A stretch of DNA of 64,000 nt from NCBI GenBank assembly GCA_023205875.1, contig CP060756.1, forward strand, positions 1-64,000. Reading direction: 5' to 3'. Position numbers and translations under genes: made by a program. The DNA comes from Chloropicon primus (lineage: Eukaryota). Of the stretch, positions 28,995-39,991 are shown one piece after another. Position 1 is the stretch's first letter; each line of letters begins with the position of its first letter. Below the pieces are notes generated by a model that saw nothing but the letters and a program-made list of their open reading frames with translations, was not told the origin of the DNA and searched no databases.

Positions 28995-30353
28995 ATGGCG
29001 ACTGCATTATGGGGGCAGCGGGGTGGGAAGAACGAGTTGGGAGAACGGGACTACTGCTCGTCCTCGGAAGAGGCCAAGAGGGAGGCATCCAATAGGAATT
29101 TGGAAGTCTTCGTGATGCTCACGCCTTTCGAGGCTTTCGGGGAGAGGATCCTCAAGTACGTCGGTCCCTCGGTGGGCACGACGTTCCGCGACGTGATGAA
29201 GTGCGTGGGGATCTGCCACTACATGATCGCCTTCCGCGAGGTGGGGAACAACGGCAATTACCGGGCCTTTGACTTCGGGCCGATCGGCGGAGCGGACAGG
29301 GACGTCGTGGTGTCTCACAAGGAGGAGGGCGTCGTCCCTGTGGACAACGGGCAAGGAAACAAGTCAAAGGCGGTGCAAGGCAAGGTCAAGGAGGCCCTGA
29401 TATACGAGCTCCCCAAGGACCACTTGCAGGTCGGGACGACGACCATGACCCTCGACGAGGTGAGGGACCTTTGCAACTCTTTTCCTGAGGTCTACGAGCT
29501 CCACGCCAACGACTGCAGACACTTTGTCAACGCCGTGGCCGAGGTGGCGACGGGGGTGAAGAGGGCGTCTCTCGTGGTGGGCCGGGACTCGATGAAGAGG
29601 CAGAGCCTGCTCAAGTTCTGGTCGCCTTGGGAGGTCGGCATGCTCATCACGGACTACCAGAACTTTCCTTGGGTGACGCGCTACAGCAAGACCTTCACGA
29701 CGGTGATGGCGGCCGTCTCCGGCAGCAAGCTCGGTTGGCACCTGATCAAGCCGAACGGCGGGTTCTTCAACTTCAACCTCGGGATTCTGGAGCGGTTGCA
29801 GAATGCGGCGGTGCCGCAGCTCGTGAGGAGCGGGGGCAAGCTCGTGGTGGACAAACCAATCAGGGGATCCGCGATCACCGCGACGTATGCGACGGCCTTG
29901 GCCACCTTCAACGAGAGCTCGCTGTTCCGGGAGGGCGTGAGGCTCACGAAAGACCTTGGGGACGGCATCAAGGCGTTCGCCGGGATGCTGGAGGGCGCGA
30001 TCGTGGCCCCCATCGTCGAAGTTGGACCCATCTCGAGCTCGGCCCTCAACGCCCTCGGGGGCATTGGAGTCACCCTGAGGAGGAGGACGGCCAACACGAT
30101 CAGGCCTTTGGCGCAGGTGAGGTGCCCCTCCCTCGCTCAGGTCCTCCAGTTCGCGCCGAGGAGGAGGACGGCGTCGATCGCTGCGGGCACCGTGGACCAC
30201 CAGCCCTTCAGCCTCCAGGTTCCGGAGGGGGTGACCAAGATGTTCTCCAAGGTCCTGCCGACGCTGAAGATGAACAAGGCACTGCAAGGGCGGGCCATGA
30301 GGCTGGCCAGGCCGGCCTACGAGCTGACCGTGGGCGCCAACGCAAACATGTAG
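28995..30353 (+). CDS. Permuted papain-like (PPPDE/LRAT-like) domain protein
   Basis: His motif CHYMI, FDFGP, and YELHANDCRHF resembling the YxLxxxNCxHF catalytic-Cys motif. Confidence 0.6.
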   Translation: MATALWGQRGGKNELGERDYCSSSEEAKREASNRNLEVFVMLTPFEAFGERILKYVGPSVGTTFRDVMKCVGICHYMIAFREVGNNGNYRAFDFGPIGGADRDVVVSHKEEGVVPVDNGQGNKSKAVQGKVKEALIYELPKDHLQVGTTTMTLDEVRDLCNSFPEVYELHANDCRHFVNAVAEVATGVKRASLVVGRDSMKRQSLLKFWSPWEVGMLITDYQNFPWVTRYSKTFTTVMAAVSGSKLGWHLIKPNGGFFNFNLGILERLQNAAVPQLVRSGGKLVVDKPIRGSAITATYATALATFNESSLFREGVRLTKDLGDGIKAFAGMLEGAIVAPIVEVGPISSSALNALGGIGVTLRRRTANTIRPLAQVRCPSLAQVLQFAPRRRTASIAAGTVDHQPFSLQVPEGVTKMFSKVLPTLKMNKALQGRAMRLARPAYELTVGANANM

Positions 30354-30509
30354 AGTACGACTAGATTAGATTTTAGCTGTAGAGACGGGGGAGGGATCCT
30401 CGTTGTTGGGGAAGAGACTTCCTTTCGTTATATAATTCATTATTATTTCTTTCACCCTCCTTTTCTTTTTTTTTGGCGAGAGCGTCCTCTGAAAACTGTT
30501 TTGGGGTCC

Positions 30510-31628
30510 TCAAGCGAACGCGACCCCCTCCTCCCGCGCCACCTCTCCGATGATGGAGGCGTCCTTGCACTCCTTGAGGGCCTCCTCGGCGTCCTCTGGA
30601 CTCATGACCATGATGAACCCGACGCCCATGTTGAAGGTTCGGTACATCTCCTCCTCCGCGATCTGGCCCACGTCCTGCATCCAGTTGAAGATGGGGAGGA
30701 CGTTCCACGACCCCTTGTAGATCTTCACCCCAACCCCGTCCGGGAGGCACCTCGGGATGTTGTCGTAGAACCCTCCGCCCGTCACGTGCACGGCTCCCTT
30801 GACCCTCAGCTTGAGGCCCGTGTGGAGCCGCAGGACGTCCCTGACGTACAACTTGGTGGGCTCCAGCAGGACCTCCCCCATGGTCTCGCGGCCGTCCCCG
30901 AACGGGGCCGGGCTCCCGAACGAGAGGTCGCTGACCTGGAGGACCTTCCTGGCCAGGGAGAAGCCGTTGGAGTGGACCCCCGAGGACGGGAGCCCGACGA
31001 GCTTGTCGCCCACCCTGATGCCTTTGCCGTCGATCACGTCGGCCTTGTCCACGATGCCCACGGCGAACCCGCTCAGGTCGTACTCGCCCTCCTCGTAGAA
31101 CCCCGGCATCTCCGCGGTCTCGCCCCCGAGGAGGACGCAGTCCGACCCCTTGCAACCGTCGATGATCCCCTTCACCACCTGCTCGGCCTTGTCCACGTCG
31201 AGCCTGGAGGTCGCAAAGTAGTCCAGGAAGAAGAGGGGCTTGGCCCCCAGGGTCACGATGTCGTTCACGCTCATGGCCACGAGATCCACGCCTATCGTGT
31301 CGTGCTTCCCGACCTCGAACGCCACCTTGAGCTTGGTCCCGACGCCATCCGTCCCGGAGACGAGGTACCTGTCTCCCCCGATGGGGTACAGCCCCCCGAA
31401 GCCCCCGATGTCCACCCCGCTGAAGGCGTCCTTGCTGAGCCTCTGGATCCTCCTCACGAGCTCCGCCCCGGCGTCGATGTCCACCCCCGCCGCTGCGTAC
31501 GTCATCCCCTCCCTCTCCATCGAGGACGCACGAGCAGCAGGAGAGGGTCCTCCTCGTGCTGGTGTTGTTGGTGTTGTCGTCGTTGTTGTTGATCTGGCCC
31601 CCCACGTGTTGCGTCTGGCAGCAGCCAT
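30510..31628 (-). CDS. PURM: Phosphoribosylaminoimidazole (AIR) synthetase
   Basis: TYAAAGVDIDAG, GTDGVGTKL, PLFFLDY, GGETAEMPG, SSGVHSNGFSL, EMYRTFNMGVG; start at 31628 or 31706. Confidence 0.96.
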   Translation of the reverse strand: MAAARRNTWGARSTTTTTTPTTPARGGPSPAARASSMEREGMTYAAAGVDIDAGAELVRRIQRLSKDAFSGVDIGGFGGLYPIGGDRYLVSGTDGVGTKLKVAFEVGKHDTIGVDLVAMSVNDIVTLGAKPLFFLDYFATSRLDVDKAEQVVKGIIDGCKGSDCVLLGGETAEMPGFYEEGEYDLSGFAVGIVDKADVIDGKGIRVGDKLVGLPSSGVHSNGFSLARKVLQVSDLSFGSPAPFGDGRETMGEVLLEPTKLYVRDVLRLHTGLKLRVKGAVHVTGGGFYDNIPRCLPDGVGVKIYKGSWNVLPIFNWMQDVGQIAEEEMYRTFNMGVGFIMVMSPEDAEEALKECKDASIIGEVAREEGVAFA

Positions 31629-32206
31629 GTTATATGTCTTGTTCCCTTTTCTTGTTGTTCTTCCTGGCTCTTGTAAGGTTCTCCTGAGGTAAGTATGTTG
31701 TTTCATTGTTCCTTGTGATGGAGGTGATCCTCCTGAGGTCCTACGTTGTCAGGTATTGGTAGGGTCGACTGCCCTGTGTGTCGTCCGTGGCGCCAACCCC
31801 CCCCACGTTGCTGCTGAGGTGGTATCGTTTTGTAGGTGTACGTCTTGTACACTCTTCCTACCTGTGTCCTCCTTCGGCGCGAATTCAAACCCCCGAGGGA
31901 TATTTTGTGTTTTGTGTCGTGATGTGGTGTTTTGCACTCGGGTTCCGTTGGCACTTTGGCTCCCCCCCGCGTGGCGTGTTCTCCGTACAGATTCCATCTC
32001 TCTGCGCCTCCATGGAGGGCGGACAGGATACACCAGCGGAACCGCCAGAGAAGAAAAACGAGACCGAGACAAACGAGAACAGGGAGAGGGGCACGACGAC
32101 GAAGACGAAGACGAAGACGTACCGCTCGGGATAACAACAACCATACGAGAAGGAGAAACGCTCTGCAAGTTGCCTTGACTTGAGTTGGGTTTGGAGACCA
32201 AGCGAC

Positions 32207-32243
<37 letters not shown>

Positions 32244-32347
32244 CAAGAACTCGCTCGCTGGCTCGACTTGTTGTCGGGAAGGGGGGGTATTTTATTTTTT
32301 TCACCTAAAACACCCTTGGAGGTGAGGTGGTGTGGTGGACTTGCTGC

Positions 32348-32947
32348 ATGATCCCTGTGTGCGCGACGACTTTGAGCTCGTTTGTTTGGGAACAGGAAGA
32401 GACCGGAAATTGGAAGAGAGGAGACCAAGCCAACAAGAGGAGTCCTACGGCGAGAAGTTCCAAGGGGAGCGCCCCCCAAGGGCCACAAGCCCCGGCCTCG
32501 GCCCTAAGGAAGCGCCAGCGCCAGAACCCCCTCGTGGGAAAGGCCGGCTTCGGCGTCGTCCTCGTGAACGGACAGGTGCGCGTCAGCACCGTAATCTTCA
32601 CCCTCTGCCTGCTTGAGGCCATCCTTTGGACCAGCTGCCTGCTCAGCTCCTCCTCGGCGCTTAAGACAGACACCCTCGAGGCGGAGCACTACCTCGTCAG
32701 GGAGACCGAGAACTTGAAATCGAGCTTGTCCTCCGAGGTCCACAAACTCGTGCCGGCGTTCCAGAAAAGCTTGGAGACCAAACAACACATATTTACGGAG
32801 AGGCTCTGGGCGCAGAGACTAAGGAGCACCTGGAGTGACATCCACTTGAATTGGAACACACCGCTTCGCGAGAACTTTCAGCTGGAAGCTTCCATACTAG
32901 ACAAGGGAATTCCAGGGCCATTCGCGGGAGTCCAAGCCATCCACTGA
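32348..32947 (+). CDS. Hypothetical ~199-aa protein with a central hydrophobic segment
   Basis: ATG at 32348; strong G/C third-position bias from about 32450 to 32800; hydrophobic stretch VSTVIFTLCLLEAILWTSCLL; no family recognised. Confidence 0.5.
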   Translation: MIPVCATTLSSFVWEQEETGNWKRGDQANKRSPTARSSKGSAPQGPQAPASALRKRQRQNPLVGKAGFGVVLVNGQVRVSTVIFTLCLLEAILWTSCLLSSSSALKTDTLEAEHYLVRETENLKSSLSSEVHKLVPAFQKSLETKQHIFTERLWAQRLRSTWSDIHLNWNTPLRENFQLEASILDKGIPGPFAGVQAIH

Positions 32948-33042
32948 GACGGCGACAGAGAGAGCACTGCACAGACACAAACACACAACGCACGCACACA
33001 CGCTGCAAAGAAGAAGAAGAAGACGAGAAGAAGAAGACAAGA

Positions 33043-34365
33043 ATGACGGAAGCAACGTTGAGAATCAGGTGCGTGAAGGCGTCGAACGGCTTCACGTGCG
33101 AGGCCGCCCGTGAACCCAGGGCCGGCCTCACCCTCAGCCTGAGGGGAGGTTTCGAGATCTCCGCCAAGAAGGGCGGGGGCTCCGGGATCCTGCAGAGGCT
33201 CGCCCTCGGCCGCAAGAGGATCGCCGCCGCCCGCGCGACCAGGAAGAGCGTCGTGGCGAGGAAGGCCGTCGCGGAGCCCGCCGAGCGCGTCGCCGTTGCC
33301 AAGGAGGTGGAGGCCGAAGGCAAGAGCAAGGCCAAGCCCTTGGCCGACACGGTCGCGGGAGCGCTGGCCCGTGCGGCCAGCCAGAGCACCATCCACCCCC
33401 TGGACACCGTGAAGGTCCAGATGCAGGCGGGAACCTTCGGCAAGGCCCTTGGCTCGGGCGGCGTCTCGAAGATCGGGACGCTGGTTCCCCCCTCCGGGGC
33501 TGCCAAGATCATCCCAGGCATCGCGAGTCTGTACAGGGGCGTCTTCGGCGCTGCAAGCGGCGCAGGCATCGCCATCGGAGCTTACTTTGCCATCTACTCC
33601 ACCACGACCAGGCTGCTGGACGTCCACGTGAAGCCCAGATTCAAGAACGTGCCCCCGGGGGCCATCGCTTTCACGGCCGGCGCGATCGCGGCGGCGGGCG
33701 GCTCCTTTGTCAAGGTGCCCCTGGCCGTCTGCATCAGATCGGTGCAGGCCGGAGTCTACCCAAACGTCGTGAACGCGTCGAGACAGATTGTCAAGGCAGC
33801 TGGACCGAGGGGGCTCTTCACCGGTTTCCTGCCCACTTTCCTTGAGGACGTGCCTGACATGGCGGTCAAGTTCGCGTGCTACGAGACGCTGAGGCAGCTG
33901 CACAGCAAGATGAAGAAGGGCAAGCCCAGCACCGCCCAGGAGGACCTTGTCCTGGGAGGAATCTCAGGAAGTGTTGCCGCTGCGGCCACGACGCCCCTGG
34001 ACGTCATCAAGACCACGATGATGTGCTCCGCCGCCTCCAGGCCCAGCGTCATGGGAGCCTGCAGGTCCGTGTGGGCCAAGGGCCTCGGGCCAAAGGCGTT
34101 CTTCACTGGAGTCGGAGCGAGGTCTCTGTCCAATGGTATCAACACCGCCGTCTTCTTCGCCTTCTTCGAGGCCATCAAGAGCGCCATGGCGAAGAGCGAG
34201 GAGAGCAAAGCCAGGATGGCGCTCGCGGACCAGGCCGGTGCCAGCCAGGGGCCCGCGGACGTCTGGGACGACCTCCCAGGGAACGCCCAGGTAGCTCCCT
34301 GCATGGGAGCTTCCATAAGCCAGACTGCAGTGAACCAGCACCTGAGCAACAGTAAGAACCAGTAA
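33043..34365 (+). CDS. Mitochondrial carrier family (SLC25) protein, SAM-carrier-like, with long N-terminal extension
   Basis: HPLDTVKVQMQ, KVPLAVCIRSVQ, TPLDVIKTTMM; EDVPDMAVKFACYE. Confidence 0.9.
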   Translation: MTEATLRIRCVKASNGFTCEAAREPRAGLTLSLRGGFEISAKKGGGSGILQRLALGRKRIAAARATRKSVVARKAVAEPAERVAVAKEVEAEGKSKAKPLADTVAGALARAASQSTIHPLDTVKVQMQAGTFGKALGSGGVSKIGTLVPPSGAAKIIPGIASLYRGVFGAASGAGIAIGAYFAIYSTTTRLLDVHVKPRFKNVPPGAIAFTAGAIAAAGGSFVKVPLAVCIRSVQAGVYPNVVNASRQIVKAAGPRGLFTGFLPTFLEDVPDMAVKFACYETLRQLHSKMKKGKPSTAQEDLVLGGISGSVAAAATTPLDVIKTTMMCSAASRPSVMGACRSVWAKGLGPKAFFTGVGARSLSNGINTAVFFAFFEAIKSAMAKSEESKARMALADQAGASQGPADVWDDLPGNAQVAPCMGASISQTAVNQHLSNSKNQ

Positions 34366-34677
34366 ACCTTTTATCCAAGATTTTTGAGTCCATTATGTGG
34401 AGTCCCTTTCGTCCATTCCCAAGCCAACGTGCGACTGGGTTACTTGTACTTGTACCGATGTCGACCTCGGGCGCCGCGGGAAAGAAGCTCCTCTCCTCCC
34501 CCCCCTTCATAAAGGAAAAAAAATTGAAGAGAATCCCATTCGCTCTGGTCGTCCAGAGGACGGCGGAACCCTAACGAGCAGGAGCAGAAAAGTAACGGCT
34601 GTGTTGGCCCGTTGTTTCCCGCGGCGTCGTCGTGTGCAGAGGGCAAGAGAGGAGGGAAGGACCGCCGCGGCGGCGAG

Positions 34678-35282
34678 ATGATCCACTTCGTTCTTCTGCA
34701 GAACCGGCAGGGGAAGTCACGACTGAACAAGTGGTATTCGAAGCAGACGCCCGGGGAGGAGGACCAGCCCGAGTATGGGCCGTACGACAAGAGGGAGAAG
34801 GCGCGGATTATCCGCGAGGTTTCGGGCATCGTGGCCAAGAGGAAGGGAAGGGTCTCGAACTTCGTCGAGTACGGGGACATGATGATCGTCTACAGGCGGT
34901 ACGCGGGCCTGTACTTCATTTTTGGGATAGACAAGGGTGACAACCCGCTCATCATCCTCGACTTGATCCACATGTTCGTGGAGGTCTTGGACTCTTACTT
35001 TGGCTCCGTGTGCGAGCTCGACCTCGTGTACAACTTCCACAGGGCCTACTACATCCTGGACGAGCTGATTCTCGCGGGCCACCACCAGGCAAGTCTCGGC
35101 GCTCTCTGTCCGCGCGCAAGCGCCCGTCTGACGTGTTTTGTTTTGCCTCCACCTTTGCTTCCCCCCCACCCTCACCCCAGGAGCCACAAAAGTCTGTGGT
35201 TTTGGGCTCGATCGCCAAGCAGGACGACATGCAGGACGAGGAGTCCGGGGACGTGTTCGACGCGTTCTTCGGCACCGGCTGA
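34678..35282 (+). CDS. Adaptor protein complex sigma (small) subunit, AP-1/AP-2-like; GC-AG intron 35089-35180
   Basis: MIHFVLLQNRQGKSRLNKWY, IVYRRYAGLYF, YFGSVCELDLVYNF, YILDELILAG; splicing yields ...HQ|EPQKSVVL. Confidence 0.9.
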
Positions 35283-35421
35283 TCCACAACAGTTGGGCAG
35301 GAGGGCAGTGCACACTGACTAAATTACAAAGTTTTGTATAACAAAAAAAAATACATCGTCGTCGTCCGTCGTCTTCCCTTCCGCGTCTCTCGCAACCGCT
35401 GTCGCGCTCACAGGCTGCGAG

Positions 35422-36373
35422 TCACAGCCAGCTCATCACTTGCTCGTAGACGAGAAAGATGACCGCGTTGACGGGAAAAGCTCTCAACAAGCACGGCCCG
35501 ATTCCCTTGAAAAAGGACCGGACGCCACCGCTGCGGTACATCTCAGCGACGTGCCAGGCCATTCCCCTCGGGCTTCCCTCCTGGAACCTCACTTGCGCCC
35601 CCTGAGCCTGCATCTTCGACATGACAACGTCCAAGGGGTACGCCGACGCCCAGGTCGCCATCCCCGAGATGCCCCCACCGATCAGTTGAGCCGCCGCGGC
35701 GTTGTCGACCCCGATGGCCCCGACCGCCTCTTGGGCTTTGCCGTACGTGAGGAAGCGCACCCCGTAGCAAATGGGGTTCGCGACGACGCTGGGCAGGAGC
35801 CCCGCGTACAGGCCCCTCACTCCGAACTTTTTGAGGTTGAACTGAGCGCAATGCAGAGGTCCTCGGAAGGCGGCAACCCTCTCCTTTGGCGGAAGCTGAA
35901 GCTGCACCTTCACTACGTAAACAGGAGTCAGGATCCCCTTGTTTGGATGGCAGGATCAAAGGGAGAGTGACGTCAGTTGGGTTCAAGCGACGGAGGCCGA
36001 GTCCTGTTTCTCTCACCATGCCAATCAACCCGGCCAAGGCCCCGCTCGCCACGACGAGGGCGTCGCCTTCCAAAGGCACAAAACGCTTTGCCTTCTCGTT
36101 CAGTCCGAATATCAGGCACTGCTCCACGCTCTTGGACAGAAGGGGCCACGAGAGACCGCGGTAGAACGAGCGAAAGCCCTCCCTCCTCGTCATGTCTACC
36201 GCGCACTGCACCGAGGACGCGTGCCCACTCGTGGTGGTCTGCAGCCTCGTCTTGATCGTGTCGAGGGGATGGCCGAAGAAAACGCCGCACGCTCCTGCGA
36301 TGGAGCCCGAAACAAACTCGCTCCCGAAGAAAGGCTCGCCCCTGCCACTTCCCTCGGTCGCCTCGCTCGCCAT
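35422..36373 (-). CDS. Mitochondrial carrier family protein (carnitine/basic amino acid carrier-like); intron 36016-35938
   Basis: GHPLDTIKTRLQ, TPVYVVKVQLQ, YPLDVVMSKMQ, RAFPVNAVIFLVYE. Confidence 0.9.
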
Positions 36374-36833
36374 CACCCCAGAGTACCCCTCCCACTACGA
36401 GGCAGGGCTCGGCAATCTATTCCTAATCAGCTTGGGTTTTCGACCGGACCGGACCGTACCTCAAGGCGGGGTTCCGAGTGGCCCCCAGTACTTGACGCGA
36501 GCAAGCGTCAGCCTGTGCCCCCCGCCGACGACTCCCCCGTCACCTTGAAAAGCATAACGAGTAAGGCCTTCCTTCCTCTCTTCCCTTCCTTATCCTATCC
36601 ACAATCTCTCTTTGAAGCTTGAGATCTCCTCTCGTCTCTTCTCTTCTCTCTTTTTCCTAGGCCGGAGGGGGGGGGAATGAAACGTTTCGTCATGAAAGCA
36701 TGGTGTTGTTGGAGCGGTGAAAGGGTTTGGTCATTAAACAAAATCGAATGCGTTGCACCATTTTATCAAGCAAAGAAAAAAGTTCTACTCTACCCAACTC
36801 TTGTGACACCGGACCTTTGCTCCGACTCCGAGC

Positions 36834-38282
36834 TCACTTCTCGAACCCGGACGAATCGTGATTCTTTCCGTCGTCGTAAGCGGCCCCGCCGTGGTGGGAG
36901 ACGTCCAGGCCCATGGACTCCTCCTCGGGGGAGATCCTCAGGATTCCGGCAAGGCGCATGGCGCCGAAGACGATGGTGCCCATTCCCATGGACCAGATCA
37001 TGACCATGACCGCGGCCAGGAGGTTGACGGCGAACTGCGAGCCTCCGCAGCCGAAGAAGGCTCCGCAAGGCTGGTCCTCGCTGTAGGCAGCTGTGGTGTT
37101 GATCCTGCTCCCGAAGAGTCCGCCGCAGAGCATTCCGATGAACCCGCCCCCGAAGTGGACGGCGGCGGCGTCGAGGGGATCGTCGATCTTCATCTTCTGG
37201 ATGGCAATCGCGAACCAGAACTCAAAGAGTCCCCCGATGAGTCCGATGACGAAGCAGGCCCACGGCTCGGAGACGGCGACTCCGGAGCACACGGCCACGA
37301 GCCCAGCCAAGATTCCGTTGCACAGGGGCGGGAGGTCGAGGTGCCTGTACTTGATGAAGCACATGAGGATGGCCGCGAACCCGCCTCCGGACGCCGCGAG
37401 CGTGGTCCCCACGGCGACCTTCTCGGCGAGGAGGACGAATCCCCCGGAGAGGGCCAGGGTGGAGCCCGGGTTGAACCCGTACCAGCCAAACCAGAGGATC
37501 AGGGTCCCGAGCCCGACGAAGGCGGCGTTGTGCGGCGCGAACGCCTTCATGTTGCCGTTGGCGTCGAACCTCCCGATCCTCGGCCCGAGGATCGCCGCCG
37601 CCACGAGGGCGGTACAGCCCCCGACCATGTGCACCACGCTGCTTCCGGCAAAGTCCACGACTCCCGGGGAGACCCAGGCCCCCGAGGCGATGGAGGGGTC
37701 CCTGAACGCGGTGAGCCAGCCGTACGGCGACCAGATCCAGTGGACGACCACGGGGTAGATGAACCCTGTGATGAAGGTGGCGTACACAAGGTACCCGATG
37801 AAGGAGCACCTCTCGGCGACGGCCCCGCTCACGATGGTGGTGGCCGTCGCAGCGAACGCCCACTGGAAGAGCCAGCCCGCGAAAGAGTCGATGGACGGCG
37901 CGATCGGGTAGAGGCACTCGCTCGGGTGGCCTCCCTCGCACGAGTCGTAACCGTTGATGAAGAAGAAGCCCTGTGCGCCGATGAACCCGTTGGCGGGCCC
38001 GCCGCTGTAGTCCCCACCCCCGTACGCGAAGGGGAAGCCGAAGCCCCACCACACGAAGGCTCCCACCACCAGGTCCATGACGTTCTTGATCATGATGTTC
38101 TTGGCGTTCTTCTGGCGCACTGTGCCCGTCTCCAGCATGGCGAATCCGGCCTGCATGAGGAAAACCAGAAAGGCCGCGATCATCAGCCACAGGTGGTCGA
38201 TGATCCCGCTGAACTCGGCATACGCCGTGGCCTCAAACTCGGGCACCGGCGCCGCCGCAATCGCATCAGTCGCGTTCTCCAT
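36834..38282 (-). CDS. AMT1: Ammonium transporter, AMT1 family
   Basis: MQAGFAMLETG, FQWAFAATATTIVSGAVAER, DFAGSSVVH, LWFGWYGFNPGS, IDDPLDAAAVH, GLDVSHHG. Confidence 0.97.
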   Translation of the reverse strand: MENATDAIAAAPVPEFEATAYAEFSGIIDHLWLMIAAFLVFLMQAGFAMLETGTVRQKNAKNIMIKNVMDLVVGAFVWWGFGFPFAYGGGDYSGGPANGFIGAQGFFFINGYDSCEGGHPSECLYPIAPSIDSFAGWLFQWAFAATATTIVSGAVAERCSFIGYLVYATFITGFIYPVVVHWIWSPYGWLTAFRDPSIASGAWVSPGVVDFAGSSVVHMVGGCTALVAAAILGPRIGRFDANGNMKAFAPHNAAFVGLGTLILWFGWYGFNPGSTLALSGGFVLLAEKVAVGTTLAASGGGFAAILMCFIKYRHLDLPPLCNGILAGLVAVCSGVAVSEPWACFVIGLIGGLFEFWFAIAIQKMKIDDPLDAAAVHFGGGFIGMLCGGLFGSRINTTAAYSEDQPCGAFFGCGGSQFAVNLLAAVMVMIWSMGMGTIVFGAMRLAGILRISPEEESMGLDVSHHGGAAYDDGKNHDSSGFEK

Positions 38283-38908
38283 GATCAAAAGCCAAACCAA
38301 GAGGAAACAACCCAACCCGTTGCAAAATCTTCGTCGACGAGGACCAGACTCTCGCTCGTTGATCCGGTTTGTTTCGTGTTGGTGCAATGCAGTACAGTGC
38401 AGTGCAGCGCAATGCAGAACGTTCTGGATCGATTCGGTCGATGCCTTCGGCCGCCGCTTCCCTTGTCGTTCTGATCAACTCGGTTCGGTTCGCTTCCTCT
38501 CGACGTCGATGTACAAGAGAAGCCCCGTACAAGAGAAAAAGAAAAAAGAGGGTGGGGTGGGGTGGGGTGGTGTCTAGTGATGAGTGTACATAATTACACT
38601 GCATGAAACACAGCACACGAAGCGCGCGCGAGAGAGCGAGGAGCAGCGAGGAGCAGCGACGAGGAGCGACGAGGAGGAGGAGGGATGGCATGACCAGGGG
38701 GAAGGGGAAGGCCACTGGGAACGGAAGACTTACTGCCTTAGCCACACGACTGACAAGAGGAACGAGGAGGAAAACAAATACGCGAGGGGGAAGCAAACAC
38801 AAGGACCAGGACCAGGACAACGGGGGCGGGGGAGGGAGAACGAGAACGAGAACGAGAACGAGAACGAGGACAAGTCGTGGAAGGGGGTTAGGGGGGTGGG
38901 GGGGTGGG

Positions 38909-39829
38909 ATGGCATCGACGTCTAGCGGGGCGAGGGTGCTGAGCGTGCAGTCCCACGTGGTGCACGGGTACGTGGGGAACAAGAGCGCGGTGTTCCCGCT
39001 GCAGCTGCTGGGGTTCGAGGTGGACTCCATCAACACGGTGCACTTCTCCAACCACACCGGGTACCCCACCTTCAAGGGGACCGTGCTGAGCGGCCAGGAG
39101 CTCCTGGGTGTCATGGAGGGCCTCAAGTCCAACGACCTGGTGGACCACACGCACCTGCTGACGGGGTACATTGGGAGCGAGAGCGTGCTCGACGCGGTCG
39201 TGGACGTCCTCGGGGAGCTGAGGGCGAAGAACCCGGGCGCGGTGTACGTGTGCGATCCGGTGCTGGGGGATCACGGCAGGATCTACACCAAGCCCGAGCT
39301 GGTGGACATCTACATCGAGAAGGTCGTCCCCCTGGCGGACATCTTGACCCCGAACCAGTTCGAGCTCCAGCTCTTGACGGGGACCAAGGTGGAGACGGAG
39401 GAGGACATCAAGAGGGCGGTGGACCTCCTGCACGGCAAGGGCCCCGAGACCGTCGTGGTGACGAGCATCTACCCCGAGGGTCAGGACTCGGAGGCGATCG
39501 AGATCATCGCGAGCACTACGAGGGAGCAGTGCGCGGGGTCCCACTCCAGGTTCAAGCTCAGGATCCCAAAGCTGGGCTCCCACTTCACGGGGACCGGGGA
39601 CCTTACGGCCGCCTTGCTCCTGGCGTGGTGCCACGAGTACCCGGAGAACCTGCAGCAGGCCGTGCTGAGGTGCATGTCCACCGTGTACGACGTGCTCAAG
39701 GACACGGCGGCGAACGGCAGGGGGAACGAGAAGGCTTTCATGAAAACGCCAGAGCTTCGGCTGATCCAGAACCAGGACGTCATCAGGAAACCGCCGACGC
39801 ACTTCGCGTCCTCGGTGGAGCCCTTGTAG
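38909..39829 (+). CDS. PDXK: Pyridoxal kinase
   Basis: VLSVQSHVVHGYVGNK, FSNHTGY, YVCDPVLGD, TPNQFE, FTGTGDL. Confidence 0.96.
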   Translation: MASTSSGARVLSVQSHVVHGYVGNKSAVFPLQLLGFEVDSINTVHFSNHTGYPTFKGTVLSGQELLGVMEGLKSNDLVDHTHLLTGYIGSESVLDAVVDVLGELRAKNPGAVYVCDPVLGDHGRIYTKPELVDIYIEKVVPLADILTPNQFELQLLTGTKVETEEDIKRAVDLLHGKGPETVVVTSIYPEGQDSEAIEIIASTTREQCAGSHSRFKLRIPKLGSHFTGTGDLTAALLLAWCHEYPENLQQAVLRCMSTVYDVLKDTAANGRGNEKAFMKTPELRLIQNQDVIRKPPTHFASSVEPL

Positions 39830-39991
39830 CAGAGGATGTTGGCAAACCCCGCAAGAGAGGGAGGCGCGTGCCGAGGGCATGAAGAGCACGGGAAAAAGAA
39901 CTTATTTCTAATCTTACAACTATATCAATATATATTGGTATATCCCCTTCGCTTCCGACGCCACGCGATTTCAACGCGCATCAAGCGTTGC

